DNA from: Methanothermococcus sp. Ax23
GTDB taxonomy: Archaea > AGJL01 > Methanococci > Methanococcales > Methanococcaceae
Direction of reading: 5' to 3'
Length of the DNA: 64,000 bases
NCBI RefSeq assembly: GCF_049075655.1
Contig: NZ_CP157522.1
Span: 960,001 to 1,024,000, forward strand
The position numbers and the translations under genes were made by a program. Positions 53,478 through 64,000 of this stretch are shown here, piece by piece (the first letter of the stretch is position 1; each line of letters begins with the position of its first letter). Under the pieces are notes generated by a model. That model ran no database searches. It saw only the letters and a list, made by a program, of their open reading frames with translations, and was not told the DNA's origin.

Positions 53478-55106
53478 ATGGTTAAAAAAATTCAAATAAA
53501 TACAGCTGAACAGGCGAAAAATAGATTGGTAGATTTGGTAATACCTAAGTCAAGCAACCTTAAAAATGATATTTTATCAGGATTAACTGTTGCCTTGGCA
53601 CTGGTTCCAGAGGCAATAGCATTTTCTTTTGTGGTAGGGGTGGACCCCAGAATAGGACTTTATGCAGCTTTTATGATGGGATTAATAGCAGCAGTATTGG
53701 GGGGTCGTCCCGGAATGATTTCAGGGGCAACAGGTGCAGTGGCAGTCATTTTTGCACCATTGGTAATGACTCAGGTGCAAATCGGTGGAATGGATTACGC
53801 CCTTGGGTATCTTTTTGCAGCAGTAGCACTTATGGGAATAATTCAGATACTATTAGGACTGTTTCGTGTTGGAAAGTTTGTAAGGCTCATTCCTCATCCT
53901 GTCATGCTTGGTTTTGTTAATGGTCTTGCTATTATTATATTCATGTCACAGCTTGGACAGTTCTATACTGGCACAGGAGCTAATGCAACGCTTCTTCCAA
54001 CTCCTACACTGTTAATTATGTTTGCACTTATTGCAATAACAATGGTTATAAGTAAATTCCTTCCAAGGATTACAAAAGCAGTGCCTGCCACACTGGTGGC
54101 GATAGTTGTAGTTACAATTATTTCATATTTTTTGAATCAGTCAGGTTATGAAGTTCTTACAGTGCTTGATTTTGTAAAAAGTATAGACCCGACAAAAACA
54201 ACTATTGCAGCAACCCTACCATCGTTTAGCATTCCAAATATTCCTTTCACAATGGAGACTTTTAAAACAATTCTGCCTTATTCAATACTGGCTGCGTCTG
54301 TGGGTTTGATTGAATCCCTTATGACTATGAGGCTTATAGATGAGCTCACCGAAACACGAGGAAGGGGAAATAAGGAGTGCATTGGTCAGGGCGTAGCAAA
54401 CTTGGTTAATGGTTTCTTTGGAGGCATGGGTGGCTGTGCCATGATTGGTCAGAGTATGATTAATGTGCGGGCAGGAGGTAGAGGACGAGCTTCAGGGATT
54501 GCTGCTGCAATATTTTTGCTTGCATTTGTGGTATGGGGGTCATCCCTTATAGAGCTCATACCCCTTGCCGCACTTGTTGGTGTAATGTTTATGGTGGTTA
54601 TCGGCACTTTTGAATGGTCGAGCTTCCGTATTATTCGGCAAATTCCAAAATCAGACGCCCTTATTCTTATACTGGTGTCAGCCATAACTGTAATTTACGA
54701 TTTGGCAACTGCGGTTTTTGCTGGAATTATTTTATCGGCTCTTGCATTTGCATGGGAGCATGGGAAACAGATGCGTGCTGAGAAAGAGACTAGGGGGAAT
54801 AAAAAAGTATATAGGCTTGATGGACCCCTTTTCTTTGCATCCGTAACATCATTTAAGGATTTATTTGATTTTCGAAATGACCCTGATGATGTTGTAATAG
54901 ATTTTAAAAAATCACGAGTTTGTGACCATTCAGCAATTGAAGCAATTAATAATATTACTGAAAGATATGCCCAATATGGCAAAAGACTGCATCTTCTCAA
55001 TCTAAGTGATGATTGTTATAAATTAATTAAAAAAGCAGATAATATTGTAGAAGTAAGTGTTATAGATAACATAATATGGCCAGTGGCAGATGATAGACTG
55101 GGATAA
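53478..55106 (+). CDS. SulP family inorganic anion transporter with STAS domain
   Basis: ALVPEAIAF, GGRPGMISGATGA, GCAMIGQS, GPLFFAS. Confidence 0.94.
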   Translation: MVKKIQINTAEQAKNRLVDLVIPKSSNLKNDILSGLTVALALVPEAIAFSFVVGVDPRIGLYAAFMMGLIAAVLGGRPGMISGATGAVAVIFAPLVMTQVQIGGMDYALGYLFAAVALMGIIQILLGLFRVGKFVRLIPHPVMLGFVNGLAIIIFMSQLGQFYTGTGANATLLPTPTLLIMFALIAITMVISKFLPRITKAVPATLVAIVVVTIISYFLNQSGYEVLTVLDFVKSIDPTKTTIAATLPSFSIPNIPFTMETFKTILPYSILAASVGLIESLMTMRLIDELTETRGRGNKECIGQGVANLVNGFFGGMGGCAMIGQSMINVRAGGRGRASGIAAAIFLLAFVVWGSSLIELIPLAALVGVMFMVVIGTFEWSSFRIIRQIPKSDALILILVSAITVIYDLATAVFAGIILSALAFAWEHGKQMRAEKETRGNKKVYRLDGPLFFASVTSFKDLFDFRNDPDDVVIDFKKSRVCDHSAIEAINNITERYAQYGKRLHLLNLSDDCYKLIKKADNIVEVSVIDNIIWPVADDRLG

Positions 55107-55241
55107 GCAAATGCGAAACAACATCATCATAAACTTTAAAAACTGAAACTAATAATTAAGAGTTAGGTAAATATAAATGTATATAAAAATAAAAAATAAA
55201 GAAAGTAAAAAAGTAAAAAAAGTAAAATATAAAGGGGATAT

Positions 55242-55805
55242 ATGGTGAGCTTAAAAGACATTATATCGTGTTTTAAAATGGAAAACTTTGATATGAGATA
55301 TATAATAAGGGGACTTATTGACGGTTCCCTGTCGTCCCTAGGTGTAGTAATAGGGGCAAGTGGTGGAGATGTTTCTGTGATAATTGCCGCAGGGATTGGT
55401 GGTGGTGTGGCAAATGGTATTTCCAACATACTTGGAGCATTAACCGCAGAAAGGGCAATTTTAGAAGGAATGAGAGCATCACAGGAGAAGGTTCTTTTAA
55501 GGGAAGAAGGCTCTTTAAAAACTGCATTATTTTATAAAAAGGCACTTAATAAAACAGCAGTCAGCGGTGTGGGGGATGGGCTATCCACAACCTTTGGGTC
55601 AGTTATTCCCGTAATTCCATTCTTATTTTTGAGGAAGGATTTGGCAATAATCACTGCAATTATTATTACATTGGCTATATTATTTGGACTTGGAGTATTC
55701 ATAGGCAGAATATCTAAGGAGAATTTGGCAATATCTGGGCTTAAAATGGTATTGGGAGGATTGGCAGTGGCATTAATTAGTTTTACAATTGAACATATGC
55801 TCTAA
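55242..55805 (+). CDS. VIT1/CCC1-like membrane protein (TIGR00267-like)
   Basis: RYIIRGLIDG.LS.LGV, ANGISNILGA..AE. Confidence 0.82.
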   Translation: MVSLKDIISCFKMENFDMRYIIRGLIDGSLSSLGVVIGASGGDVSVIIAAGIGGGVANGISNILGALTAERAILEGMRASQEKVLLREEGSLKTALFYKKALNKTAVSGVGDGLSTTFGSVIPVIPFLFLRKDLAIITAIIITLAILFGLGVFIGRISKENLAISGLKMVLGGLAVALISFTIEHML

Positions 55806-55816
55806 AAAGTGATAAC

Positions 55817-56305
55817 ATGAAAGGCAGAGAATTACTTAAAAAACTAAGGGAAGATGCAGCTAAATTTAGCATTCATGATTTAATGAATGTAAGAGTATTC
55901 TTGGAAAAAGATATGCAGTATCTGCCGAAGGATTATAAAGAATCTTATCTTAAAGGGCAAATCATGTATTTTATAAATACATTAAATGAAGTGCGAAAAA
56001 AGAGTGAAGATGAATTGGAAGACTTTGAAATTGATGAAAATATATTAAATAAATTATACGATAGAATAAACCGCTTTAAATGTGGCATTAAGGGGGAAGA
56101 CTCGTTTATTAAATTATCATATATTGTGGTTCCTTATTTAATATTCATTGCTAAAAAACCGCTTCACCCTGTTGGAATAAGATTTCCTGGGGGGAAGCAT
56201 ATTATTGAAAAAAATGGAACATACTACTGTCCAGTGAAAAACAGGCAGGAAAATGAGTATTCATTATGTGAATTTTGTATATGTAAAGGAATTGAAGAAC
56301 TTTAA
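55817..56305 (+). CDS. DUF2115/UPF0305-like protein
   Basis: PLHPVG..FPGG, YYCPVK, LCEFCIC. Confidence 0.85.
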   Translation: MKGRELLKKLREDAAKFSIHDLMNVRVFLEKDMQYLPKDYKESYLKGQIMYFINTLNEVRKKSEDELEDFEIDENILNKLYDRINRFKCGIKGEDSFIKLSYIVVPYLIFIAKKPLHPVGIRFPGGKHIIEKNGTYYCPVKNRQENEYSLCEFCICKGIEEL

Positions 56306-56381
56306 TATTTATTATAGGAATAAAATAAAAATCTTAAAGAAATTGGAAATAAATTAAAGGAATTAGTTATTAAATAAGATA

Positions 56382-58124
56382 TTACATCTTACCAGGACAT
56401 TCTATACCTAAAATATTCAATCCATTTTCTATAACTGTTTTTGTGCATTCTACAAGTTTTAATCTTGAATGAACTATATTATGGTTTTCTTCTTTTAATA
56501 TTGGACAGTTTCCATAGAATCTATTAAATGCCTGTGCAACATCGAGCACATAATTTGCCACTATTTGTGGTTTTCTTACATCTGCGGATTTTTCAACAAC
56601 TTTTGGGAATTTTAAGAGTGTTTTTATTAATATCTTTTCGTTATCATTTAATTCGTAGTCAAATAGTTCGTTAATGTCAATATTGCCATTGTTGTTATTA
56701 TCATTGTTCAATCCATTTTCGAGAATTCTGCAACATCTGGCATGGGCATACTGTATTACTGGGCATCCAACTTTTTCAAAGTCAAGTGCTTCATCCCATC
56801 TAAATACCATAGGTTTTTCTGGCGAGATTCTAACGATATTGTATCTTACCGCACCGGTAGCTATTTTATGGGCAATTTCATTTATTTCATCTTCATCTGT
56901 TGCCACGCCTCTTTTCTTAACTTCTTCAATTGCTCGTGTTTTTGCCTCTTCAAACAACTCATCAATACTTATAAATCTTCCTCTTCTGGTGCTCATAGAG
57001 CCCTCAGGAAGTGAAATAAATTCATAGAATACGATTTCTGGCGTGTTGTATCCCAATAGTTTTAAACTTGCATTCACCATTTCAGCGGTGAGCTTGTGGT
57101 CTGCACCAAGTATATTAATCCCTATATCGCAGTTTTTCATCTTATCGATATGGTATGCAATGTCCCTAGTGGAGTATAAACTTGTTCCATTTAATCTTGC
57201 AAGAACCAGTTTTTTCTCTATTCCAAAGTCTGAAAGGTCTAATCTATATACTTCGTCCTTTTCCACTTTTCCAGTTTCCATCAGGTTTTTTATGACTTCT
57301 CTCACCATGCCGTTTTTAACATAGGAGCTCTCCCATATGAATTTGTCATGTTTAATATTAAGATTTTTTAAAGTTTCTTTAAATCCCTTTAAAGCATAAT
57401 TTACGGCATATTCGAACTTTTTGGTTATCTCGTTTTCTTCGTTTTTCTCAGAAGATTCTTCATATTTTTTCATTAAATCCAATATATTTTCTTCGAGCTC
57501 GGGGTTTTCATTTAAAAGTTTATTGGTTTCTACATAAACTTCTCCTATGGCATGGTCTGGTTTTTTATTTTCGTCTAATTTAAATTTATCCAATCCAAAT
57601 ACTACAATTGCCTCCTGTCTTCCCATATCATTTACATAGTATTGGGTTTCAACCTTATATCCTGCAAATTCAAGCACTCTTTTTAAACTGTCTCCAACAA
57701 TGGCGTTCCTACTGTGTCCTATATGTAAAGGTCCGTTTGGATTTGCAGATGTGTGCTCTAATATTATTTTTTTGTTTTTTTCATCTCCTTTTCCAAAATT
57801 ATTTTTTTCATCAAGTATCTTTTTTACGCCTTTTTTTGAATAGCTGTTGTAGTCTAAGAAAAAGTTTATGTATCCATTTACTGCCTTTATGTCCTTTATC
57901 CCTTCAATATTTTCGGATTTTAAAGAATCCGCCATTTCCTCCGCTATAATCATCGGTGATTTTTTCAATACTCTTGCCAATCTAAATGCTATGTTTGTTG
58001 AATAATCGCCCAAATCTAATGATGGTGGTTCATCTAACCTTATTGTTTCCATTTCTTCTTCTGATTTACCAGTTAATTCGTTTATTTTTTTGTATAATGC
58101 GTCAATTATATTTTTTTCAATCAT
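56382..58124 (-). CDS. argS: arginyl-tRNA synthetase
   Basis: [27 protein letters not shown]. Confidence 0.97.
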   Translation of the reverse strand: MIEKNIIDALYKKINELTGKSEEEMETIRLDEPPSLDLGDYSTNIAFRLARVLKKSPMIIAEEMADSLKSENIEGIKDIKAVNGYINFFLDYNSYSKKGVKKILDEKNNFGKGDEKNKKIILEHTSANPNGPLHIGHSRNAIVGDSLKRVLEFAGYKVETQYYVNDMGRQEAIVVFGLDKFKLDENKKPDHAIGEVYVETNKLLNENPELEENILDLMKKYEESSEKNEENEITKKFEYAVNYALKGFKETLKNLNIKHDKFIWESSYVKNGMVREVIKNLMETGKVEKDEVYRLDLSDFGIEKKLVLARLNGTSLYSTRDIAYHIDKMKNCDIGINILGADHKLTAEMVNASLKLLGYNTPEIVFYEFISLPEGSMSTRRGRFISIDELFEEAKTRAIEEVKKRGVATDEDEINEIAHKIATGAVRYNIVRISPEKPMVFRWDEALDFEKVGCPVIQYAHARCCRILENGLNNDNNNNGNIDINELFDYELNDNEKILIKTLLKFPKVVEKSADVRKPQIVANYVLDVAQAFNRFYGNCPILKEENHNIVHSRLKLVECTKTVIENGLNILGIECPGKM

Positions 58125-58300
58125 TCTATCACTTTAATTTTAATTTATTTTTTATTTTTATTTTTAATTTAGTATGATTATATCATTTTCATTTAAATTA
58201 AAAGTATGATGGATTATAGTTTTATATAGAACACATACTTATTTGATATAGTATTACACAATATTTATAACTTTTAATTTTATTTTTTTATGGTGAGACT

Positions 58301-60346
58301 ATGAAAACGGAACTAACGAACATAGATATATATGTTGCTGTAAAGGAGCTCCAAAAAATAATAAATGGAAAACTTGATAAAGCATTTTTAGTGGATTCTC
58401 AGGATGGTAAAGAGTTAATATTAAAGCTCCACATCCCAGAGATTGGAACAAGGGAAATTGCCATAGGGACTGGAAAATATAAGTATATTACATTAACCGA
58501 ATATAGCAGGGAAAAACCAAAAAATCCTCCATCCTTTGCAATGTTGCTTAGAAAACATCTAAAAAATATAAAAATAACAAGTATAGAGCAACATAACTTC
58601 GATAGGATTGTTAAATTTACATTCCAATGGGGCGAAAAAATTTATAAATTAGTTGTCGAGCTCTTTGGTGAAGGGAATGTCATACTGTTGGATAATGAAG
58701 ATAGGATTATTTTGCCATTGAAAATTGAGAAATGGAGCACAAGGAGAATCGTTCCAAAGGAAATATATAAATTCCCTCCTCAAAAGGATTTGACGCCATT
58801 TAATTTGGAATATGCCGTGGCTTATGATATATTCAAGGACGAGTTCAAAAAGGATGAGAACAAAAACACAGAATGTGTAAGGATTATTTCAAGGACCTTT
58901 GGTCTTGCAGGAATATATGCCGAAGAAATTTGTGAGATAGCAGGAGTTGATAAAAAAATAACAAATCCTTCCGATGAGGAAATAAAAAATTTATTTGATG
59001 GGACAAAAACATTTTTTAATAAAGTATTCAATGAAAAGAAACCACAAATAGTGCTGAAAAATGGAGAATATCACGATATTACACCAATAGAATTGGCAAA
59101 ATATGGGGATTATGATAAAAAATACTATGAAGAGTTTTTAAATGCAATGGATGATTACTTTTCACAGTTTATATTGAAAAAGGAGATTAAAAAGGAAGAA
59201 ACAAAATTACAGAAGATGGTAAAAAAACAGGAAAGAATATTGAATAATCAGATTGAATCCCTGAAAAAATATGAAAAACAGGCGGAAGAAAATCAGATAA
59301 AGGGGGATTTAATTTATGCAAACTATACTCTTGTTGATGAAATAATAACTACCTTGAAATCAGCAAGGGAAAAGATGGATTGGAAGGCTATAAAAAAGAT
59401 AGTTAAAGAGAATAAGGATAATCCAGTATTAAGCAAAATAGTGTCTATTGACGAAAAAAATGGGGAAATTACATTAAAATTGTCCGCAGATTATGGAAAT
59501 GGGCTTATTGAAAAGAATGTTTCGCTGGATATAAGGAAAAACGCCTTTGAAAATGCCGATAACTATTACAGCAAATCCAAAAAGTTTAAAAGTAAGATAG
59601 AAGGGGTTAAAACAGCGATAGAATTATCAAAAGAAAAACTTGAAAAATTAAAGAAAAAAGAAGAAATTGAAATGGAATCCCTTAAAGAAAGAGAAGAAAA
59701 AACCATGGAGAAAAAAGAGAGAAAGAAAAGAAAATGGTATGAAAAATTCAAATGGACAGTTATAGGCAATCATTTAATAATTGCAGGAAAGGACGCCACA
59801 ACAAACGAAATGCTTATAAAAAGATACACCGAAAAGGACGATGTGGTATTTCATACTTTGATGGAAGGAGCTCCTTTTACAGTAATAAAAATGAATGGTA
59901 AAAATATAGATGAGCTCGATGAAGATGAGAGGGAATTTTTATTAAATGAAACTGCAAAGTTTGCAGTGTCTCACTCAAAAGCTTGGAGATTGGGGTTAGG
60001 TAGTGCCGATGTCTATTGGGTAAAGCCTGAGCAAATTTCTAAAACTGCTGAAAGTGGGGAATATCTTAAAAAGGGAGCATTTGTAATAAGGGGTAAGAGG
60101 AATTTTATAAGGAGCATGCCTCTTGAACTTGGAATAGGTATTGTTGAATATGATAATGAGGAAAAACTAACCACCGCACCGCCGGAGACGCTTAAAAACT
60201 TTAAAAAATATATTCTTCTAAAACCTGCTAAAAAGAAAAAAGGTGAATTAATAAAAGAGCTTAAAAAAGAGTTTAAAGAATACGGTGTGGATGATGAGGA
60301 TATACTCAGAGTCCTTCCACCTGGTGAAAGTGATATAAAAGTATAA
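58301..60346 (+). CDS. rqcH: ribosome quality control protein RqcH/NEMF (NFACT family)
   Basis: FAMLLRKHL, FDRI, ELFGEGN, WYEKFKW, GKDA..NE, SGEYLKKGAFVIRG. Confidence 0.92.
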   Translation: MKTELTNIDIYVAVKELQKIINGKLDKAFLVDSQDGKELILKLHIPEIGTREIAIGTGKYKYITLTEYSREKPKNPPSFAMLLRKHLKNIKITSIEQHNFDRIVKFTFQWGEKIYKLVVELFGEGNVILLDNEDRIILPLKIEKWSTRRIVPKEIYKFPPQKDLTPFNLEYAVAYDIFKDEFKKDENKNTECVRIISRTFGLAGIYAEEICEIAGVDKKITNPSDEEIKNLFDGTKTFFNKVFNEKKPQIVLKNGEYHDITPIELAKYGDYDKKYYEEFLNAMDDYFSQFILKKEIKKEETKLQKMVKKQERILNNQIESLKKYEKQAEENQIKGDLIYANYTLVDEIITTLKSAREKMDWKAIKKIVKENKDNPVLSKIVSIDEKNGEITLKLSADYGNGLIEKNVSLDIRKNAFENADNYYSKSKKFKSKIEGVKTAIELSKEKLEKLKKKEEIEMESLKEREEKTMEKKERKKRKWYEKFKWTVIGNHLIIAGKDATTNEMLIKRYTEKDDVVFHTLMEGAPFTVIKMNGKNIDELDEDEREFLLNETAKFAVSHSKAWRLGLGSADVYWVKPEQISKTAESGEYLKKGAFVIRGKRNFIRSMPLELGIGIVEYDNEEKLTTAPPETLKNFKKYILLKPAKKKKGELIKELKKEFKEYGVDDEDILRVLPPGESDIKV

Positions 60347-60395
60347 TACGAATAAATTCCTTTTCTTTTTTATATAATAATTATATTATATAATA

Positions 60396-60737
60396 TTATA
60401 CTTCAACAACATCCACTATTTCAAGAGGAATGTCTTTTAAAGCCCTTCCTATTGATGATTTTGCAATTCTCACTGCATGTTCTGGACTTTCCGCATTAAA
60501 AATCTTCATGGATAATAATATTCCCACAATAGCAGTTCTTGCAACAACCAAAACACAATCTATCGGCTCTCCACATTTTGGACAGATAGTTAAACCAACA
60601 TCTATATCAACATATTCCATATTTTTTTTGTTTAATATCTTCCCTATATTTGATACTGCCACTCCTATGGCATCTTCAACATCTTCAACATTTTTTACTA
60701 TGTAAGGTGCCTGTAATGTTACATGATAATTTGTCAT
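60396..60737 (-). CDS. DUF555/UPF0212-like protein
   Basis: [29 protein letters not shown]. Confidence 0.85.
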   Translation of the reverse strand: MTNYHVTLQAPYIVKNVEDVEDAIGVAVSNIGKILNKKNMEYVDIDVGLTICPKCGEPIDCVLVVARTAIVGILLSMKIFNAESPEHAVRIAKSSIGRALKDIPLEIVDVVEV

Positions 60738-60774
60738 TTAATCTCACCAATAAATATTATCTCGCATTTCTCCT

Positions 60775-61083
60775 CTATTTTGCTAGCGTAAATCTTATGT
60801 CATCATCGCCCACATTGAAAATACCTAAGCGAGCTCCTGCATCTATCCAGCCATAAGCATAATTTAGTGATGCGAACGCATTAACATAATCTCCTTTTTC
60901 TATAAATGTTTTTGCATCATTAAAATAACATTCAATCATGCATAAAAAATCTTCTGCAACATCATATAATAAACTTCTCTTTGGAGGAAGCCCATTTTTT
61001 ATAATGGATATGGCTTCTTCTGTTCTGCTTAGGTAGTTATCTATTTTTTCATCCGAGATGATATTGTCTATATTGTCCTTCAT
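60775..61083 (-). CDS. DUF357-like protein
   Basis: [25 protein letters not shown]. Confidence 0.88.
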   Translation of the reverse strand: MKDNIDNIISDEKIDNYLSRTEEAISIIKNGLPPKRSLLYDVAEDFLCMIECYFNDAKTFIEKGDYVNAFASLNYAYGWIDAGARLGIFNVGDDDIRFTLAK

Positions 61084-61165
61084 AACATCCTCTTTAATCT
61101 TTGGTCAATATATTAAAAAATAAAATTAAAAATTAAAAAAATGAATAAAGTATTTTATTTAAGAA

Positions 61166-63466
61166 TTAGAAGTTCCCCATGTCTTTTTTATCTCTAATAG
61201 CATCGAGAATTACTCTTTGTTCGGTTCTTGCAACTGTTTTTCTTATAGTGTCTATTGCATCGATGTTTGCAGATATGCTTGTAATGCCCCATTCCACGAG
61301 TTTTTCAACAATAGCAGGTCTGCTTCCAGCCTGACCGCAGATTGAAGTCTTAATACCGTGTTTTTTACAGGTTTTTATAACTGATTCAATGAGTTTCAGA
61401 ACTGCGGGGTGGTTTTCCCTGTAATATTTTGCAACAAATTCATTGTTTCTATCTATTGCAATTGTATATTGGGTTAAGTCATTTGTTCCCAAGGAAACAA
61501 AGTTAATGCCTTCTTTTATAAAGTCCTCAATGATTAAAGCGGCAGCTGGTGTTTCAACCATTATTCCGAATTCAACATCCTTTCCAAGATTTAATCCTAT
61601 TTCATATGCCAATTTTTTAACTTCTCTGACTTCATCAGGGCTGGTGACAAGTGGTATCATTATATTTATGTTTTTATAGCCCTCTTCCCTTAATTTTTTA
61701 ATAGCCAGTAATTCACATTTTAAAATTTCTGGCTGGTCTAAACCTCTTCTGATACCTCTCCATCCCATCATAGGGTTGTGTTCTTCTGGTTCGTCATCTC
61801 CGCCTTCTAAACCTCTGAACTCATCTGTTGGAGCATCGAGTGTTCTGTATGTGATAGGTCTTGGGTAAAATGCATCTGCAACTTTTCTAATACCTTCTGC
61901 AAATACATCAACAAGTGCCTCTTCTCCTTTTTCCTCCAATACCTTAATTGGATGAACTCCTGTTCCAAGTATCATGTGTTCTGCTCTTAAAAGACCTACT
62001 CCATCTGCACCAGTAGCCGCAGCTCTTTCAGCAACCTCTGGCATGGATACATTTACCTTTATCTCTGTTGCAGTTATTATCGGAGCTCCTGCATATACTA
62101 CCTGAGCAGGTGCAGCTTCTTCTTTTTTCTTAATCTCTCCTTCATATACAATTCCTTTTTCACCATCTACGGTGATTACCATGTTGTCCTTTAATACTGT
62201 TGTGGCTTTTTGAGTTCCTACTACACAAGGTGTGCCGAGTTCCCTTGAAATAATTGCGGCGTGACAGGTCAATCCACCGTCATCTGTAACAATGGCACTA
62301 GCTTTTTTCATTGCAGGGACCATGTCAGGAGTTGTCATTTTTGTAACTAATATGTCCCCTTCTTTAATTTTATCTATCTCTTCAATGTCGTAAAGTATTT
62401 TTACCTTACCTGATACTACACCTGGTGATGCACCAATACCTTTTAAAAGTATTTTTGCCTCAATTTCTTCTCCTATTTTTTTTGCCTCTTTCTTTTTCTC
62501 CTTACCTAATGTTGTGATTGGTCTTGCCTGAAGCATATATACCTCCCCACTTTCCAAAGCCCATTCAATATCCATTGGTCTATTGTAATGTTTTTCGATA
62601 AGGATTCCTTTTTCAGCCAATTTTTTAAGTTCTTCATCAGATAATACTCTTTTTTCTTTCAAGTCTTCGGGGGTAGGTATCTCCCTAGTCTCTCCATTTT
62701 CGTCCTTAACGAACATCGTTTCCTTTCTTGCTATATATATGTCCTTAACTGATAAATCGGTTTTATCAATTATGTATGTATCAGGGCTTACAGTTCCACT
62801 TACAACTCCTTCACCAAGTCCCCATGCTCCTTCTATTACCATTTCATCGTAGTTCTGGTTTATTGGATTTACTGTGAATAATACTCCTGCTTTTTCCGCA
62901 TTTACCATTTTTTGAACAACTGCGGCTAATGCCACTTGGAAGTGGTCAAACCCTTTCTGTTCCCTATAAAATACTGCTCTTGGAGTGAATAATGATGCGA
63001 AACATCTCTGAACAGCATTAACTACTTCATCCGCACCTTTAATGTTTAAGTAGGTGTCCTGCTGTCCTGCAAAACTTGCGTCAGGTAAATCCTCTGCTGT
63101 GGCGGAGCTCCTAACTGCTACAAATGTCTCCTCTCCTCCGCTAATTTCACAGAGTTTGTTATAACTTTCAATAATACTTAACTCCAAATCCTTAGGCATT
63201 TTTGCATTGGTGATTAAATCCCTAACTTTTTTTGACCTATCCATTAGGTCCTCACTGTTATTAACATCAATACCTCTTAAAATTTCTCTTATTTTTTCAT
63301 CCAATTTTGTTTCCCTTATAAAATATCTATATGCTTCGGCGGTTACCACAAATGCTGGTGGCACTGGAAGACCTGCGTTCCACATCTCACCAAGTGAGGC
63401 TCCCTTACCTCCTGCTATATTCACATCATCGTTTGAAAGTTCATCCAACCATGCTACTAGTTTCAT
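61166..63466 (-). CDS. ppsA: phosphoenolpyruvate synthase
   Basis: GGKGASLGE, VAVRSSATAED, GGLTCHAAIISRELG, GTNDLTQY, ICGQA; ATG after GGAGG. Confidence 0.97.
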   Translation of the reverse strand: MKLVAWLDELSNDDVNIAGGKGASLGEMWNAGLPVPPAFVVTAEAYRYFIRETKLDEKIREILRGIDVNNSEDLMDRSKKVRDLITNAKMPKDLELSIIESYNKLCEISGGEETFVAVRSSATAEDLPDASFAGQQDTYLNIKGADEVVNAVQRCFASLFTPRAVFYREQKGFDHFQVALAAVVQKMVNAEKAGVLFTVNPINQNYDEMVIEGAWGLGEGVVSGTVSPDTYIIDKTDLSVKDIYIARKETMFVKDENGETREIPTPEDLKEKRVLSDEELKKLAEKGILIEKHYNRPMDIEWALESGEVYMLQARPITTLGKEKKKEAKKIGEEIEAKILLKGIGASPGVVSGKVKILYDIEEIDKIKEGDILVTKMTTPDMVPAMKKASAIVTDDGGLTCHAAIISRELGTPCVVGTQKATTVLKDNMVITVDGEKGIVYEGEIKKKEEAAPAQVVYAGAPIITATEIKVNVSMPEVAERAAATGADGVGLLRAEHMILGTGVHPIKVLEEKGEEALVDVFAEGIRKVADAFYPRPITYRTLDAPTDEFRGLEGGDDEPEEHNPMMGWRGIRRGLDQPEILKCELLAIKKLREEGYKNINIMIPLVTSPDEVREVKKLAYEIGLNLGKDVEFGIMVETPAAALIIEDFIKEGINFVSLGTNDLTQYTIAIDRNNEFVAKYYRENHPAVLKLIESVIKTCKKHGIKTSICGQAGSRPAIVEKLVEWGITSISANIDAIDTIRKTVARTEQRVILDAIRDKKDMGNF

Positions 63467-63574
63467 AATATCCTCCTCTTTTATTAAAAATAGCAATTTT
63501 ATATATTGCAGCAATAGTTTTTAAATATATCTTTCATTCATATTTTATGAACTAAATATGGTAAAATAGATAAT

Positions 63575-63970
63575 TTGAATAACATTTAATATTAAATCAC
63601 TATAAAGAATTCGTATTTCGACAACCTCGAATTATGGCCCTAATTGGAGAACATATTATTCTAAATAGGGGCAATTTTACTGCAAGAGTTGGGGGTTATC
63701 AGGAGTGTTGAGGAATATTGTCAAAAACCTAATAAGTAATTCATAAAATATGAACTTTAATTCAAAATAGAAAACTTTATATATCATTATGTATCTTACA
63801 ATCTTATCGAGGTTGTCGAATAATTGCTAAGTGTCTATTGTGCAATATATTATTCACACCAGTGATATCCTAAATATTTAATATTTGTAGAGTAAAGTTT
63901 TGCACAGTCGGGTATTATTGAATAACATTTAACATTAACTCACTATAAAGAATTCGTATTTCGACAACCT
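63575..63970. repeat. 53-bp direct repeat (63575-63627, 63918-63970) plus an inverted 14-bp copy (63807-63820)
   Basis: 51/53 identity; TTCGACAACCTCGA versus TCGAGGTTGTCGAA. Confidence 0.85.
63770..63785 (+). promoter_or_regulatory. strong BRE/TATA promoter
   Basis: GAAAAC-TTTATATA, consensus methanococcal promoter. Confidence 0.6.
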
Positions 63971-64000
63971 TATTGTTATCGTAAATTCACTCTTATCGTG

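Noticed and set aside
63575-63970. CRISPR array
   Set aside because: Only two 53-bp copies 343 bp apart; no regular repeat-spacer pattern and no cas genes.
1-64000. Selenoprotein UGA readthrough, inteins, tRNA or rRNA genes
   Set aside because: No gene appears truncated at an in-frame TGA, no intein-sized insertions, and no cloverleaf or rRNA-like segments were seen.

Overview
AT-rich archaeal DNA from a hydrogenotrophic methanogen of the order Methanococcales (Methanothermococcus/Methanococcus-like; AGGTGA-type RBS). Most of the window is core genome: end of mcrB, mcrDCGA, mtrEDCBA(A/F)GH, porCDABEF, SRP RNA, ftsZ, hcgBC, pheS, guaAA, map, drg, PINA, trpCDEGFB-x-A, pyrC, gltX, argS, rqcH and ppsA. 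Unexplained structure found by reading the sequence: (1) an unannotated 32-aa leader ORF ending WRWW-stop, followed by a hairpin and U-tract, upstream of the trp operon (candidate archaeal trp attenuator); (2) a divergent PII-fusion gene between trpB and trpA; (3) two protein-less IS200/IS605-type mini-elements carrying a TATA box and an omega-RNA-like region, one splitting sfsA and one inserted silently in the last codon of drg; (4) a family of ~45-57 bp double-hairpin repeats inserted in frame in trpD, trpC and gltX and nested inside the mini-elements; (5) about 80 GAGCTC palindromes; (6) a 929-bp IS with a 12-bp target duplication; (7) a structured repeat at the right edge. All family assignments come from motif recognition, not database searches.
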